Shown: positions 16,000-25,343, numbered from the stretch's first letter. The stretch is 32,000 bases of DNA from Breznakia blatticola (GCF_004365815.1 NZ_SODD01000001.1:60001-92000); one strand, 5' to 3'. Notes: generated by a model not told the origin, from the letters alone. A program made the numbers and translations.

Positions 16000-16386
16000 T
16001 TAGTCGTTTTCGATTAATGGCACAATACTTTCTGGTTTAAAGACAATTTCATAACGATACTTATTGCTATCTACCCAGTCTAATTGTTCCACGGTATAAC
16101 TTGTGTTGTCTGAAAGCCCAAAGTAATGTACTTTGTATTGATCTTTTCCAAGTTTACATGTAACTTCCAAGCGTTGTGCTTCATTGTTGGTTTCTACTGA
16201 ACAGTTACCTTCCGCTTGAAACAAATACTCACCAGTAATGTTATTAATAAATACGATTCGTCTAAGAATCTTAAATTGTTCAGCATCTTTTTTGATGTTC
16301 TCTGTTACTACATCTGCATCTGAATCACATGCAACAAGTCCAATTCCACACAAAAGGACAAGTACTAAAATTTTTACTTTTCTCAT
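16000..16386 (-). CDS. Small lipoprotein, beta-rich, unknown function
   Basis: The 128-aa ORF has a signal peptide with lipobox (GLVAC). An SD (GAGGGA) is upstream, and it is only 10 nt from the next gene. Confidence 0.7.
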   Translation of the reverse strand: MRKVKILVLVLLCGIGLVACDSDADVVTENIKKDAEQFKILRRIVFINNITGEYLFQAEGNCSVETNNEAQRLEVTCKLGKDQYKVHYFGLSDNTSYTVEQLDWVDSNKYRYEIVFKPESIVPLIEND

Positions 16387-16457
16387 TTTATTCCCTCTAC
16401 TTTATATCTACATTTTAGTATATTTCTTTGAAATATACACGAGAAAACAAGAGATAA

Positions 16458-16487
16458 TAAAAAAATCCTCCGCACGATGCAGAAGAA
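16458..16487 (-). terminator. Rho-independent terminator after the VOC gene
   Basis: The minus-sense RNA reads UCUUCUGCA-UCG-UGCGGAGGA (two G-U pairs) followed by a run of eight U. On the plus strand the same positions would be C-A mismatches, so the structure is strand-specific. Confidence 0.6.
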
Positions 16488-16530
16488 TTTTTAATTTTCA
16501 CCAGTTCTACAAACTAGAATTTGGCAATTA

Positions 16531-16893
16531 TTAAGCTATCTCAACTATCACTATCTCGTTTCCATCGATATCGTTTAAGCGAACTTCGTAAGTTCCCCAA
16601 TCATATCTAATAGCCTCAGACATTGAAACCCCATTTTTCTTCAAATGTTTCATTGTTGAATCAAGATTTTCTGTTTGAAAAACGAAAGATTGATAACCTG
16701 TTGGTTGTGTGTCGAACACTTCGCAATCCCAGATGCAAAGAGTGGGTGCTTTCTCTATAAAACCAAGATAAACTCCATTTGAATCGTCCACATCAGTCTT
16801 AATAAAGGGGATTTCTAATATATATCTATAAAACTCAATAAGCTCTTTTGCTTGCTTAGAAAAAATATTGGTGCAATAGTATCCTGTTATCAT
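16531..16893 (-). CDS. VOC (glyoxalase/bleomycin-resistance/dioxygenase) family protein
   Basis: The 120-aa ORF has a typical single VOC module ending ...LNDIDGNEIVIVE. An SD (GAGGT) is upstream. Confidence 0.65.
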   Translation of the reverse strand: MITGYYCTNIFSKQAKELIEFYRYILEIPFIKTDVDDSNGVYLGFIEKAPTLCIWDCEVFDTQPTGYQSFVFQTENLDSTMKHLKKNGVSMSEAIRYDWGTYEVRLNDIDGNEIVIVEIA

Positions 16894-17040
16894 TTTCTTA
16901 CCTCACTAAGTTCAAATTAATTTAATTATACGATGAAAAAATAGAAAAGACTATAGTATATCCTCCTATTCATATTCTCAGGCTTTTTCGTCACTATCAA
17001 TTAAATCTACAATATCTTGCAAGGAAGAGTACTTTCCTTG

Positions 17041-17066
17041 AGAATAAAAAAGAGCACCTGGCTCTT
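17041..17066 (-). terminator. Terminator overlapping the stop of the GNAT-like gene
   Basis: The minus-sense RNA reads AAGAGC-CAGGU-GCUCUU followed by UUUUAUUCU. Confidence 0.45.
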
Positions 17067-17637
17067 ACTTTATATCTCTACGTAAATAGATGTATTGATT
17101 CATTCGTTTTTGTGATTTCATGTACTTTTCTTCGCGGCTTACTTCATAGAATTTACTATGCTTTAAAATTCGAATAATTCTTGCATCCGTGTCAGGAATC
17201 ACTGCTAAATAGGCTTCTCCATACGCTTGTTTAAGCACATACTCAATGAGTTCATGACATACTTTATCACTTTCACCATATACGAAATCAATCAAGCAAA
17301 TCGTATCTTTATTACATAATGGTTTTTCAAAAATACGAATCAGACGTTTGTAGATTACTGGACCTCGAAGAATTCCAAACCATTTTATGACTTCATTACG
17401 ATCTAATTGCAAAGCTCTCTTATTCCCTTGTGTACTTGCTAATACACCAACAACTCTTCCATCGTTTTCTGCGATACATACATGCTGTGGTTGTAAAGCA
17501 CACATAATTGCTTTCTCTAATTTCTTTTCATCTATTTTTGGTAATTGCTTTTGATATGCTTTAACTAAAGCATCAGCAACAAATAAACAATCATTTGAAT
17601 TTCCTGGGCGCACTGTAATTGTTGCACTCTTTATCAT
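17065..17637 (-). CDS. Acetyltransferase-like (GNAT-like) protein, weak assignment
   Basis: The 190-aa ORF has a GNAT-like beta/alpha pattern (ENDGRVVGVLAS..., ...IEYVLKQA), but I could not identify a clear acetyl-CoA motif. An SD (AAAGGAG) is upstream. Confidence 0.4.
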   Translation of the reverse strand: MIKSATITVRPGNSNDCLFVADALVKAYQKQLPKIDEKKLEKAIMCALQPQHVCIAENDGRVVGVLASTQGNKRALQLDRNEVIKWFGILRGPVIYKRLIRIFEKPLCNKDTICLIDFVYGESDKVCHELIEYVLKQAYGEAYLAVIPDTDARIIRILKHSKFYEVSREEKYMKSQKRMNQYIYLRRDIK

Positions 17638-17714
17638 AAATTAAACACTCCTTTGATACGCTATTAGTGTAATCAAAGAAGTGCACTTAAACAAGTCATA
17701 TGCTTGCATATATA

Positions 17715-19481
17715 CTAGAAATCTTTTTTCTCTTCATGAATGATGCGATAGACATTTTCAGCAACTTGTTTTGGGACAAGTTCTGTTAGTTCTTCCACAC
17801 TTGCTGCTTTCATTTTTTTCATACTCTTATAGTGATTCCACAGTTTTTTACGACGCACACTACCAAGTCCTGGAATCTCATCCAAGATGGATTTTGTTTG
17901 TGCTTTACTACGTAATTTTTTATGGAAGGTAATCGCAAAGCGGTGAACTTCATCTTGCATTTGTGTCAACAAGAAAAATAGAGGTTGATCTTTTTTTACT
18001 GGAAGGATATTTCCTTCACTATCCATTAAACTAGCCGTTCTATGCTTATCATCTTTTACAAGTCCACATAGTGTAATATCAATATCTAGTGCATCTAGTA
18101 TTTCTTTAGCTGCGTGGATTTGTCCAAGACCACCATCAACAATAAGTAAATCATTGGTTTTTCCTTGTTCTTTCAGTAAGCGGAAATATCGACGATAAAT
18201 CACTTCTTTCATCGAATCTGTATCCGATACATATGTATCAAGCTTGTATGTTCGATAGTCTTTCTTTGATGGTTTTCCATCTTTAAAAACAACCATTCCA
18301 GACACATTAAATGCACCTGATATATGCGAGTTATCATAAATTTCAATCGTTGAAATCTTTTTACCAAGTAAGTTTGATAACTCTTCTAATGCCTCATTAC
18401 GATTTTCATCTTTACGTTTTACTAACTCAAATTTATCGATATGTGATTTTTTCGCATTCTCTTTTACCATTTCCATCAAACGCAGTTTTTCTCCACGTTG
18501 TGGTTTAATGATCTTACATGGGAATACTTCGCTTAAATCCGTTTGGATATCCTTTGGTAAATAAAGAATTTGTGGATATGGATTTTTTTGATAGTACTGC
18601 ATTAAGAAGGATACAAAGGCATCTTCTACTTCTTCATAAATTGGCGTTACACTTAATGCACGATCCAAGATTTTCCCACCTCGAATGAAGAACCCTTGGA
18701 TACATAAATACCCTTTATCATAATAGTAGTTAAAGGCATCTTGATCCTTTTTATCAGCAAACTCAACGTGTTGGTTACTGGCCACATGATCAATGGACAA
18801 AATAAGTTCATGATATTCTTGTGCCCGCTCATAATCCATCTTTTCACTAGCTTCCATCATGCGGTTTTTTAATTGATCGACCACCGCTTTGGTATCACCA
18901 TTTAGAAACTTACGAATTTCTGTCGCCATTTTTTGATAGATTTCTGGATCAATATCATGAATACAAGGTGCTAGACATTGTCCTAAATGATAATACAAAC
19001 ATGCACGATTTGGCATATGTTTACATTTTCGTAAAGGATAAATCTTATTCAATAAATCTTTTGTTTTATGTGCTGCACCAGCATCTGGAAAAGGTCCAAA
19101 GTAATACACATCTTTTCGTTTTGGATTTCGAATAACAGATAATACGGGTGCTTTATCCTTTGTTAGCATGATGTAGGGATAACTCTTATCATCCATAAAC
19201 ATAATATTGTATTTTGGTGTATATTTCTTAATTAAATTAATCTCAAGAATTAAACTTTCCTTCTCACTATCGGTAACGATGGTTTCAAAGTCATCAATAT
19301 TTTGGACAAGACGTGTTGTTTTTGTATCATGGACACCACGAAAGTAGGAACGCACACGATTGTTTAACTTCTTTGCCTTCCCTACATAAATGATTGTTCC
19401 ATGTTTATCTTTCATCATATAACAACCTGGTTTTGCTGGCAGCAAATCCAACTTGTCTTGAATCTTGTCCATATTTGCCAT
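17715..19481 (-). CDS. uvrC: Excinuclease ABC subunit C
   Basis: The 588-aa ORF has a GIY-YIG domain (PGCYMMKD...IIYVGKAKKLNNRVRSYF), a UVR domain, an RNase H-like endonuclease domain and C-terminal HhH. Confidence 0.95.
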   Translation of the reverse strand: MANMDKIQDKLDLLPAKPGCYMMKDKHGTIIYVGKAKKLNNRVRSYFRGVHDTKTTRLVQNIDDFETIVTDSEKESLILEINLIKKYTPKYNIMFMDDKSYPYIMLTKDKAPVLSVIRNPKRKDVYYFGPFPDAGAAHKTKDLLNKIYPLRKCKHMPNRACLYYHLGQCLAPCIHDIDPEIYQKMATEIRKFLNGDTKAVVDQLKNRMMEASEKMDYERAQEYHELILSIDHVASNQHVEFADKKDQDAFNYYYDKGYLCIQGFFIRGGKILDRALSVTPIYEEVEDAFVSFLMQYYQKNPYPQILYLPKDIQTDLSEVFPCKIIKPQRGEKLRLMEMVKENAKKSHIDKFELVKRKDENRNEALEELSNLLGKKISTIEIYDNSHISGAFNVSGMVVFKDGKPSKKDYRTYKLDTYVSDTDSMKEVIYRRYFRLLKEQGKTNDLLIVDGGLGQIHAAKEILDALDIDITLCGLVKDDKHRTASLMDSEGNILPVKKDQPLFFLLTQMQDEVHRFAITFHKKLRSKAQTKSILDEIPGLGSVRRKKLWNHYKSMKKMKAASVEELTELVPKQVAENVYRIIHEEKKDF

Positions 19482-21788
19482 TTATTTTTTTCCTTTTAAT
19501 GTCACAACAGTGGCTCCTAAGCCACCTTCTCCTTCGCCACCTAAACGATAGCTATCCACATATTTACTTTTCTTTAAATACTCGTGAATGGCTTTACGTA
19601 AGGCTCCAGTTCCTGCACCATGTACAATACGTACCGAATACATCTTTTGCACAACAGCATTATCAATATATTTCTCAACAATCGGTAATGCTTCTGCAAC
19701 ACGCATTCCAATGACGTTACATTCCATTGCCATCCGCGAATTACTTTGCATTGTTGTTTTAACTGATGCTTTTGCCTTCACTTTTGGTTTGAACGCAGGT
19801 ACTAAATCTTTTGTCTTTACATTCATACGCATTCCATTTGTGAGGATGGTTGCTTTATTTCCTTTTAAGGAGATGATTTCTCCTTCATATTGTAAGCCTT
19901 TGACTTTCACATAGTCATGTAATTTGACTTCATATACTTTGTCATCTTGTACATCTTCTACAGTTTCACTTTTCAGTTTGGAAGCAACTGCAATCATTTC
20001 ATGTTCTTTCACATCTTTTAAGGAACGTAATTCTTGCATAACTTCTTTTGCTTGTATGCGTGCATCTTCAAGAATTTCATTTGCTTCTAAACGCGCTTTA
20101 CGTAAGAGTGTTTCTTTTTCTTCCAACTGTTTGTGTTTTGCTTTATCTAATTCTTCATGCATCAGTAGCAAACGTGCTTCATCATTTTTGAATTTACTTT
20201 GTGCTTCTAACAATTCTAGTTTATCTTTCTCTAATTGCTCAAGTAAGATTTCTTGATTACTAAAACTTTGTTCGCGTAGTGTTTGCGCAGTTTGTAAAAT
20301 CTCAGGTTTGATATGATAACGTTTCGCAATTTCTAGTGCATTGGAATTCCCACTGAATCCTTCCATATACTTATACGTAGGTTCCATCGTATCTAAATTA
20401 AAGCCAACACTTGAAAGTAAAATTTCAGGTTGTGTTTTCGCATACTTCTTCACCCCTGAATAGTGTGTTGTAGCAATTGACATAACTTTATGTTCTTTTA
20501 AATACTCTAAGATTGCAATTGCAAGACATTCTCCTTCATTTGGATCTGTCCCGCTCCCTAACTCATCAAGTAAAACTAATGAATGGCTTGTTGCTGCATC
20601 AAAGATGCTAGCAAGTCTTGATAGATGTGCTGAAAAAGTGGATAGAGATTCCAAAATTGATTGAAAATCTCCAACATCAACAAATACATTATCAAATAGT
20701 GGAATAATGGCTTCATCACAAAGCACAGGTAATCCACTCATCGACATAATGGTGAATAATCCAATAGTTTTTAATGTTACGGTTTTTCCTCCCGTATTTG
20801 AACCACTGATTAGTAATATTGAATGCGGTTTTTCAATACGGTACGTATTGGCAACAACTTTCTTTTCATCAATTAATGGGTGACGTGCATCACGCATAAA
20901 TAAGGTTGTTCCATCTTTTTGTAAATCTGCATAACATCCATTTGTTGAAAATGCATAATGTGCTTGAGCAAATAAGACATCTAATAAAGTTAGTGTCTCT
21001 AAATTTGCTTGCATTTCATCACTATATGGTTCAACCATTTTACACAACTCACGCATAATACGTTCCATTTCATTTTTTTCATTGGCACGTAAAGACTGTA
21101 GTTTGTTGTTTAGAATTAGTAGTTCTTCTGGTTCAATGTACACTGCTTGTCCTGATGCACTTTCATCATGCACAAATCCTTTGATTTTATTTTTATCACC
21201 AGCTTTAACAAGCAAAGTTGTTCGATTATTACGCGTTGCTGTAATTTGATCCATTAATGATCCACTATAACGTTGTAATAGTTCTCCTGTTTTTTTAGCA
21301 ATATCACTTTCCGTTTGTTTCAATCCTTTACGGATGCGTGAAAGTTCTTCACTGGCATGATCTTTTACATCACCTGATGGATCAATTTTTCTTTCAATTT
21401 CCTCACCTAGTTTTGTAAAGTCACTCAATGCATCAAAATAGTCCATAACTAGTGGAACATCTATTTCGATATTTCGTTTATATGCTTGCATGTTTTTATA
21501 TGATGCAAAAAACATTGCAACATCAAAAAGATCTGCACCACTTAATAGTTTTCCTTTTCCAACGCTTTTGAAAACATCGTACAAATCTTTAACTCCTGCA
21601 AATACAGGTGCTTGGTATCGTTCGTATAATTTTAAACTTTCTTTTCCACGGACAAGTTCACGACTTGCTTGTAGATATGAAAAGTTTGGTTGTTTATTTT
21701 GGATATACTGTTTCGATAATGAAAATGATGCATACTTTGCAATCAGTTCTTTTACCTCCTCAAAATCCAATCCTTTATAATCCTTCAT
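19482..21788 (-). CDS. mutS2: Endonuclease MutS2 (MutS domain plus C-terminal Smr)
   Basis: The 768-aa ORF has a P-loop (GSNTGGKTVTLKT), LLDELGSGTDP, a coiled-coil region and an Smr domain (RIVHGAGTGALRKAIHEYL). Confidence 0.95.
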   Translation of the reverse strand: MKDYKGLDFEEVKELIAKYASFSLSKQYIQNKQPNFSYLQASRELVRGKESLKLYERYQAPVFAGVKDLYDVFKSVGKGKLLSGADLFDVAMFFASYKNMQAYKRNIEIDVPLVMDYFDALSDFTKLGEEIERKIDPSGDVKDHASEELSRIRKGLKQTESDIAKKTGELLQRYSGSLMDQITATRNNRTTLLVKAGDKNKIKGFVHDESASGQAVYIEPEELLILNNKLQSLRANEKNEMERIMRELCKMVEPYSDEMQANLETLTLLDVLFAQAHYAFSTNGCYADLQKDGTTLFMRDARHPLIDEKKVVANTYRIEKPHSILLISGSNTGGKTVTLKTIGLFTIMSMSGLPVLCDEAIIPLFDNVFVDVGDFQSILESLSTFSAHLSRLASIFDAATSHSLVLLDELGSGTDPNEGECLAIAILEYLKEHKVMSIATTHYSGVKKYAKTQPEILLSSVGFNLDTMEPTYKYMEGFSGNSNALEIAKRYHIKPEILQTAQTLREQSFSNQEILLEQLEKDKLELLEAQSKFKNDEARLLLMHEELDKAKHKQLEEKETLLRKARLEANEILEDARIQAKEVMQELRSLKDVKEHEMIAVASKLKSETVEDVQDDKVYEVKLHDYVKVKGLQYEGEIISLKGNKATILTNGMRMNVKTKDLVPAFKPKVKAKASVKTTMQSNSRMAMECNVIGMRVAEALPIVEKYIDNAVVQKMYSVRIVHGAGTGALRKAIHEYLKKSKYVDSYRLGGEGEGGLGATVVTLKGKK

Positions 21789-21800
21789 AATATTTTCCTT

Positions 21801-22364
21801 CTATTCATTTATTGTATCAACCTTGTCAAATACATTAAGTACATTTTTAATGACAGGTATATTTTCTTGCATACATTCTTTTACTGGTTCTAAGTGTGCC
21901 TGTTTTAATACTTCTCTACCATTACTAAAAAGTGGACTTGCAAGTAACAAGACAACAAGGATGATATAAATACTTCCTTTTAATACAGCAAGTATACTTC
22001 CAAGAATTTGATTGATCGTTCCTACAACAGTAATATCGTTAAATTTCTTCGATAGTTTACGTAATATATAAAAAGCTAAATTAATCACTATAAAAAAGAT
22101 GAAAAACGCAATAAGTTGCGTAGCACTTTTATCTAATGCTTGATTTACATGTACTTCACCGACGTTAATGCTTGCTTGAAATACAAAACCACTTTCACTT
22201 ATCGCAATGGATACTAAGTAACTAGCAACCAAACTAACCAATAATGATGCAAACATCACAAGCTCTAATAATAATCCATTTTTATATCCTCTAATGGCAT
22301 AAAAAATGAGAAGTGCTGCTAAAACTACGGGAATAAACATACTATATGTAATGGGAAATTCCAT
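21801..22364 (-). CDS. cvpA: CvpA family membrane protein
   Basis: The 187-aa multi-TM protein lies upstream of mutS2, as in the Bacillus yshB-mutSB region. Confidence 0.7.
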   Translation of the reverse strand: MEFPITYSMFIPVVLAALLIFYAIRGYKNGLLLELVMFASLLVSLVASYLVSIAISESGFVFQASINVGEVHVNQALDKSATQLIAFFIFFIVINLAFYILRKLSKKFNDITVVGTINQILGSILAVLKGSIYIILVVLLLASPLFSNGREVLKQAHLEPVKECMQENIPVIKNVLNVFDKVDTINE

Positions 22365-22391
22365 AAAAACCTACTTTCTGTTACTAGGACT

Positions 22392-22420
22392 ATCATACAA
22401 TGCAACCATAGGGAATGCAA
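22392..22420 (-). promoter_or_regulatory. Putative promoter for cvpA-mutS2-uvrC
   Basis: On the minus strand it reads TTGCAT (22420..22415), a 17-nt spacer, then TATGAT (22397..22392). Confidence 0.45.
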
Positions 22421-22433
22421 CTTTCCAAAGTTG

Positions 22434-22442
22434 TGTTATAAT
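22434..22442 (+). promoter_or_regulatory. Extended -10 element for rnhC
   Basis: TGtTATAAT lies at 22434-22442, 16 nt upstream of the rnhC ATG, with the SD (AAAGGTGA) in between. The -35 is weak. Confidence 0.45.
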
Positions 22443-22458
22443 ACTCAAAAAGGTGATT

Positions 22459-23322
22459 ATGACAATAACAAAAACATATACAAAAAAACAAATCGATACA
22501 CTCTATCAAGCGCTATCAAAACAAGGAGACATTCGTAAAACTCCACTATATGCCATCTTTCAAATCAAGATGAGTGATTGTACAATTACAGCATATGAAT
22601 CAGGAAAAGTTGTCTTCCAAGGAACTGGTGCTTCTTTTTATGCAGGTGAAGATGAAAGTGATATCGTAAAGCCAACAAACCAACAAGTATTTCCCCAAAG
22701 CGGAAGTGATGAAGTTGGTACTGGAGATTACTTTGGACCAGTTGTCGTATGTGCAAGCCACGTGCGTCAAGAAGATGTAAAAAAACTTCATGCGCTTGGG
22801 GTTCAAGATTCAAAGAAAATGAAAGATGAGCAAATCATCAAAGTCGCAAAGGAATTAATTACGTTTATTCCCCACTCATTTCTCATATTAACCAATGAAA
22901 AATACAATCGTGTACACGAGCATTTCAATATGAATGCCATCAAGGCAAAGATGCACAACCAAGCATTTATCAATCTAGCAAATAAAGGTGTAACACTTGC
23001 CCAAATCTACGTGGATCAATTTACGCCACCAAAAAGCTATTTCCGCTATCTTCAAGGGGAACATTCAATTATTCGTGATATCCACTTTGAAACAAAAGCA
23101 GAAGATAAATATTTAAGTGTGGCATGTGCATCCATTATCGCACGCTACTACTTTCTAGATACAATGGATAAAATGAGCGAACATTACAACTTCACTTTTC
23201 CAAAAGGTGCTGGAGCACATGTTGATAAAGCCATTCGTGAATTCGTAGAAATCCATGGAAAAGAAACTTTACAACTAGTCGCAAAAACACATTTTTCAAA
23301 TACAGAAAAAGCATTATCATAA
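22459..23322 (+). CDS. rnhC: Ribonuclease HIII
   Basis: The active-site context GSDEVGTGDYFGPVVV and an N-terminal TBP-like domain are present. The start at MTITKTY has AAAGGTGA upstream; the track's upstream extension would overlap cvpA. Confidence 0.85.
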   Translation: MTITKTYTKKQIDTLYQALSKQGDIRKTPLYAIFQIKMSDCTITAYESGKVVFQGTGASFYAGEDESDIVKPTNQQVFPQSGSDEVGTGDYFGPVVVCASHVRQEDVKKLHALGVQDSKKMKDEQIIKVAKELITFIPHSFLILTNEKYNRVHEHFNMNAIKAKMHNQAFINLANKGVTLAQIYVDQFTPPKSYFRYLQGEHSIIRDIHFETKAEDKYLSVACASIIARYYFLDTMDKMSEHYNFTFPKGAGAHVDKAIREFVEIHGKETLQLVAKTHFSNTEKALS

Positions 23323-23328
23323 ACAAAT

Positions 23329-23367
23329 AAAAAAGAACGGTTCTCCCACATGAGTCGTTCTTTTTTA
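23329..23367 (+). terminator. Terminator after rnhC (A-run, stem, T-run; potentially bidirectional)
   Basis: It reads AAAAAAGAACG, a 16-nt loop, then CGTTCTTTTTT. Confidence 0.55.
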
Positions 23368-23526
23368 TACTTTTTCCTATCTTGAATGAAGTGAGGTATC
23401 CCTTCCATACCTTATTGATATTTATAGAATATCACAATTCATATAAATGTAACGCAAAAGTACTTCTTTTGGACAAATATGCAATTATTTGGAATAATTG
23501 GTAATTTTTGTGTGTTTTCCATGAAG

Positions 23527-23554
23527 AAAAAAAAAGCAGACCATCTAGATCTAC
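23527..23554 (-). terminator. Terminator overlapping the stop of the small membrane protein gene
   Basis: The minus-sense RNA reads GUAGAUC-UAGAU-GGUCUGC (two G-U pairs) followed by a run of nine U. The stem does not form on the plus strand. Confidence 0.5.
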
Positions 23555-23805
23555 TTCTTCTTACCATGATAATTTTTCAGGGCAACTGCGCAACCGATGG
23601 AAATTGTTCCAATACCGGCTACCCAGATAATCATGGCTTCACGGTTTTCTTTCGCTACTTTTTGGGCACGTGTACGTGATGTGCTAACTTCACGTTTGGT
23701 TGCAAAATCATTTGCATGATAATGTAGCGTAGCTTGCGAAACTGGTGAGAATAAACACGTGAGAGTTACTATCCCTTTACACACGAAAGCAGTAAAACTC
23801 ATCAT
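23551..23805 (-). CDS. Small exported protein with an N-terminal signal peptide and a C-terminal TM anchor plus basic tail (hypothetical)
   Basis: The 84-aa ORF has an SD (AGGAG) 5-6 nt upstream. It starts with MMSFTAFVCKGIVTLTCLFSPVSQA, has a polar middle, then IIWVAGIGTISIGCAVAL followed by KNYHGKKK. Confidence 0.5.
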   Translation of the reverse strand: MMSFTAFVCKGIVTLTCLFSPVSQATLHYHANDFATKREVSTSRTRAQKVAKENREAMIIWVAGIGTISIGCAVALKNYHGKKK

Positions 23806-23837
23806 TTTTTCTCCTTGATTAGGTACTAATCACCCAT

Positions 23838-23866
23838 ATATTACACCCAAGAAAACCAAAAGTAAA
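23838..23866 (-). promoter_or_regulatory. Putative promoter for the small membrane protein gene
   Basis: On the minus strand it reads TTTACT (23866..23861), a 17-nt spacer, then TAATAT (23843..23838). Confidence 0.35.
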
Positions 23867-23982
23867 GTTATATTTTAGAAATAATTTTATCCTTTAATCT
23901 ATGTGTTTTATCTTTGTAAGCAAATGAATGGAAGCACCGTTTCATTCAAGGTATGATAGTTCTATAAAAGGAGATAATGTAT

Positions 23983-25320
23983 ATGGAAAAAATAATTGTT
24001 GTGGGTGCAAATCACGCCGGCACTGCAAGCATCAACACGATGTTAGACAACTACAAAAATATTGATGTTACGGTATTTGATGCAAATTCAAACATCTCAT
24101 TTTTGGGTTGTGGAATGGCGTTATGGATTGGTAAACAAATTGCTGGTCCTGAGGGATTATTTTATTCGGACAAAGAACAATTAGAAGCAAAAGGGGCAAA
24201 AGTGTACATGAACACAAAAATCGATCACATCGATTACGAAAATAAAATCGTACACGCAACAACTTTTGATGGAAAACAAATGGAATCAAGCTATGACAAA
24301 TTGATTTTAGCTACTGGTTCATTACCTATTGCACCTAAAATTCCTGGTGCAGACTTACAAAATGTACAATTTGTGAAATTATACCAAAATGCACAAGAAG
24401 TAATTGATAAATTAGAGCTTCATCCAGATATACAAGATATTGCTGTTGTAGGAGCTGGATATATTGGAGTAGAACTTGCCGAAGCTTTCCAACGTAATGG
24501 ACGTAAAGTGCGTTTGATTGATGTTGCTAGCAGTTCACTATCAAGTTACTATGATCCAGAGTTCACAAAACTTATGGATGAAAATCTAAGTGAACATGGA
24601 ATCGAGTTACATTATGGAGAATGTGTCCAAGCAATTAAAGGAACAGATAAAGTAGAAAGTATTCAAACCGATAAAGGCGAATATAAAGCCCAAATGGTTA
24701 TTCTTGCAGTTGGTTTTAAACCAAATAACCTGCTTGGTGATAACCACTTAAAATTATTCAAAAATGGTGCATTCCTTGTGGATAAAACACAGAAGACGAG
24801 TGATGATAGTGTCTATGCGATTGGTGATTGTGCAACCGTATATGATAATGCCATTCAAGATACAAACTACATTGCTCTAGCAACGAATGCTGTACGAAGT
24901 GGAATTGTAGCTGCACACAATGTTTGTGGTACGCATTTAGAAAGTCTAGGCGTACAAGGAAGTAATGGAATTCATATTTATGGACTATCAATGGTTTCTA
25001 CTGGACTTAGTTTACAAAAAGCAAAAGACTATGGTTTTGATGCACTAGCTACTGACTATGAAGACCTACAAAAACCTGCATTTGTGACTGAAGATAATCA
25101 ACCAGTAAATATTCGTATTGTTTACGATAAAGAAACACGCAGAATTCTTGGTGCACAAATGGCAAGTATGTATGATATTTCTATGGGAATTCACATGTTC
25201 TCATTAGCAATCCAAGAAAAATTGACTATCGATCAATTAAAACTATTGGATTTATTTTTCTTACCACACTTCAACCAACCATACAACTACATAACTATGG
25301 CTGCACTAACTGCAAAGTAA
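23983..25320 (+). CDS. nox: NADH oxidase (pyridine nucleotide-disulfide oxidoreductase, Nox/CoADR family)
   Basis: It has an FAD motif ([10 protein letters not shown]), a redox Cys ([10 protein letters not shown]) and an NAD motif ([13 protein letters not shown]). The ATG at 23983 has AGGAGA 8 nt upstream; the track start at 23977 is too close to the SD. Confidence 0.85.
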   Translation: MEKIIVVGANHAGTASINTMLDNYKNIDVTVFDANSNISFLGCGMALWIGKQIAGPEGLFYSDKEQLEAKGAKVYMNTKIDHIDYENKIVHATTFDGKQMESSYDKLILATGSLPIAPKIPGADLQNVQFVKLYQNAQEVIDKLELHPDIQDIAVVGAGYIGVELAEAFQRNGRKVRLIDVASSSLSSYYDPEFTKLMDENLSEHGIELHYGECVQAIKGTDKVESIQTDKGEYKAQMVILAVGFKPNNLLGDNHLKLFKNGAFLVDKTQKTSDDSVYAIGDCATVYDNAIQDTNYIALATNAVRSGIVAAHNVCGTHLESLGVQGSNGIHIYGLSMVSTGLSLQKAKDYGFDALATDYEDLQKPAFVTEDNQPVNIRIVYDKETRRILGAQMASMYDISMGIHMFSLAIQEKLTIDQLKLLDLFFLPHFNQPYNYITMAALTAK

Positions 25321-25343
25321 AAAGGACTCGCGTCCTTTTTTTT
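25321..25343 (+). terminator. Bidirectional terminator between nox and the ABC exporter genes
   Basis: It reads AAAGGAC-TCGC-GTCCTTTTTTTT. The T-run overlaps the stop of the convergent ABC gene. Confidence 0.7.

Noticed and set aside
19924-20256. A 110-aa Ser-rich plus-strand ORF, plus those at 19394-19714, 19588-19914 and 21490-21790, antisense to mutS2.
   Set aside because: They are antisense shadows of the mutS2 coiled-coil and Smr regions, with no SD and low complexity.
23184-23408. A 74-aa minus-strand ORF and the 66-aa plus-strand ORF at 23479-23679.
   Set aside because: The first runs through the rnhC terminator and antisense into rnhC with only a weak SD. The second is antisense to the better-supported small membrane protein gene and crosses its terminator.
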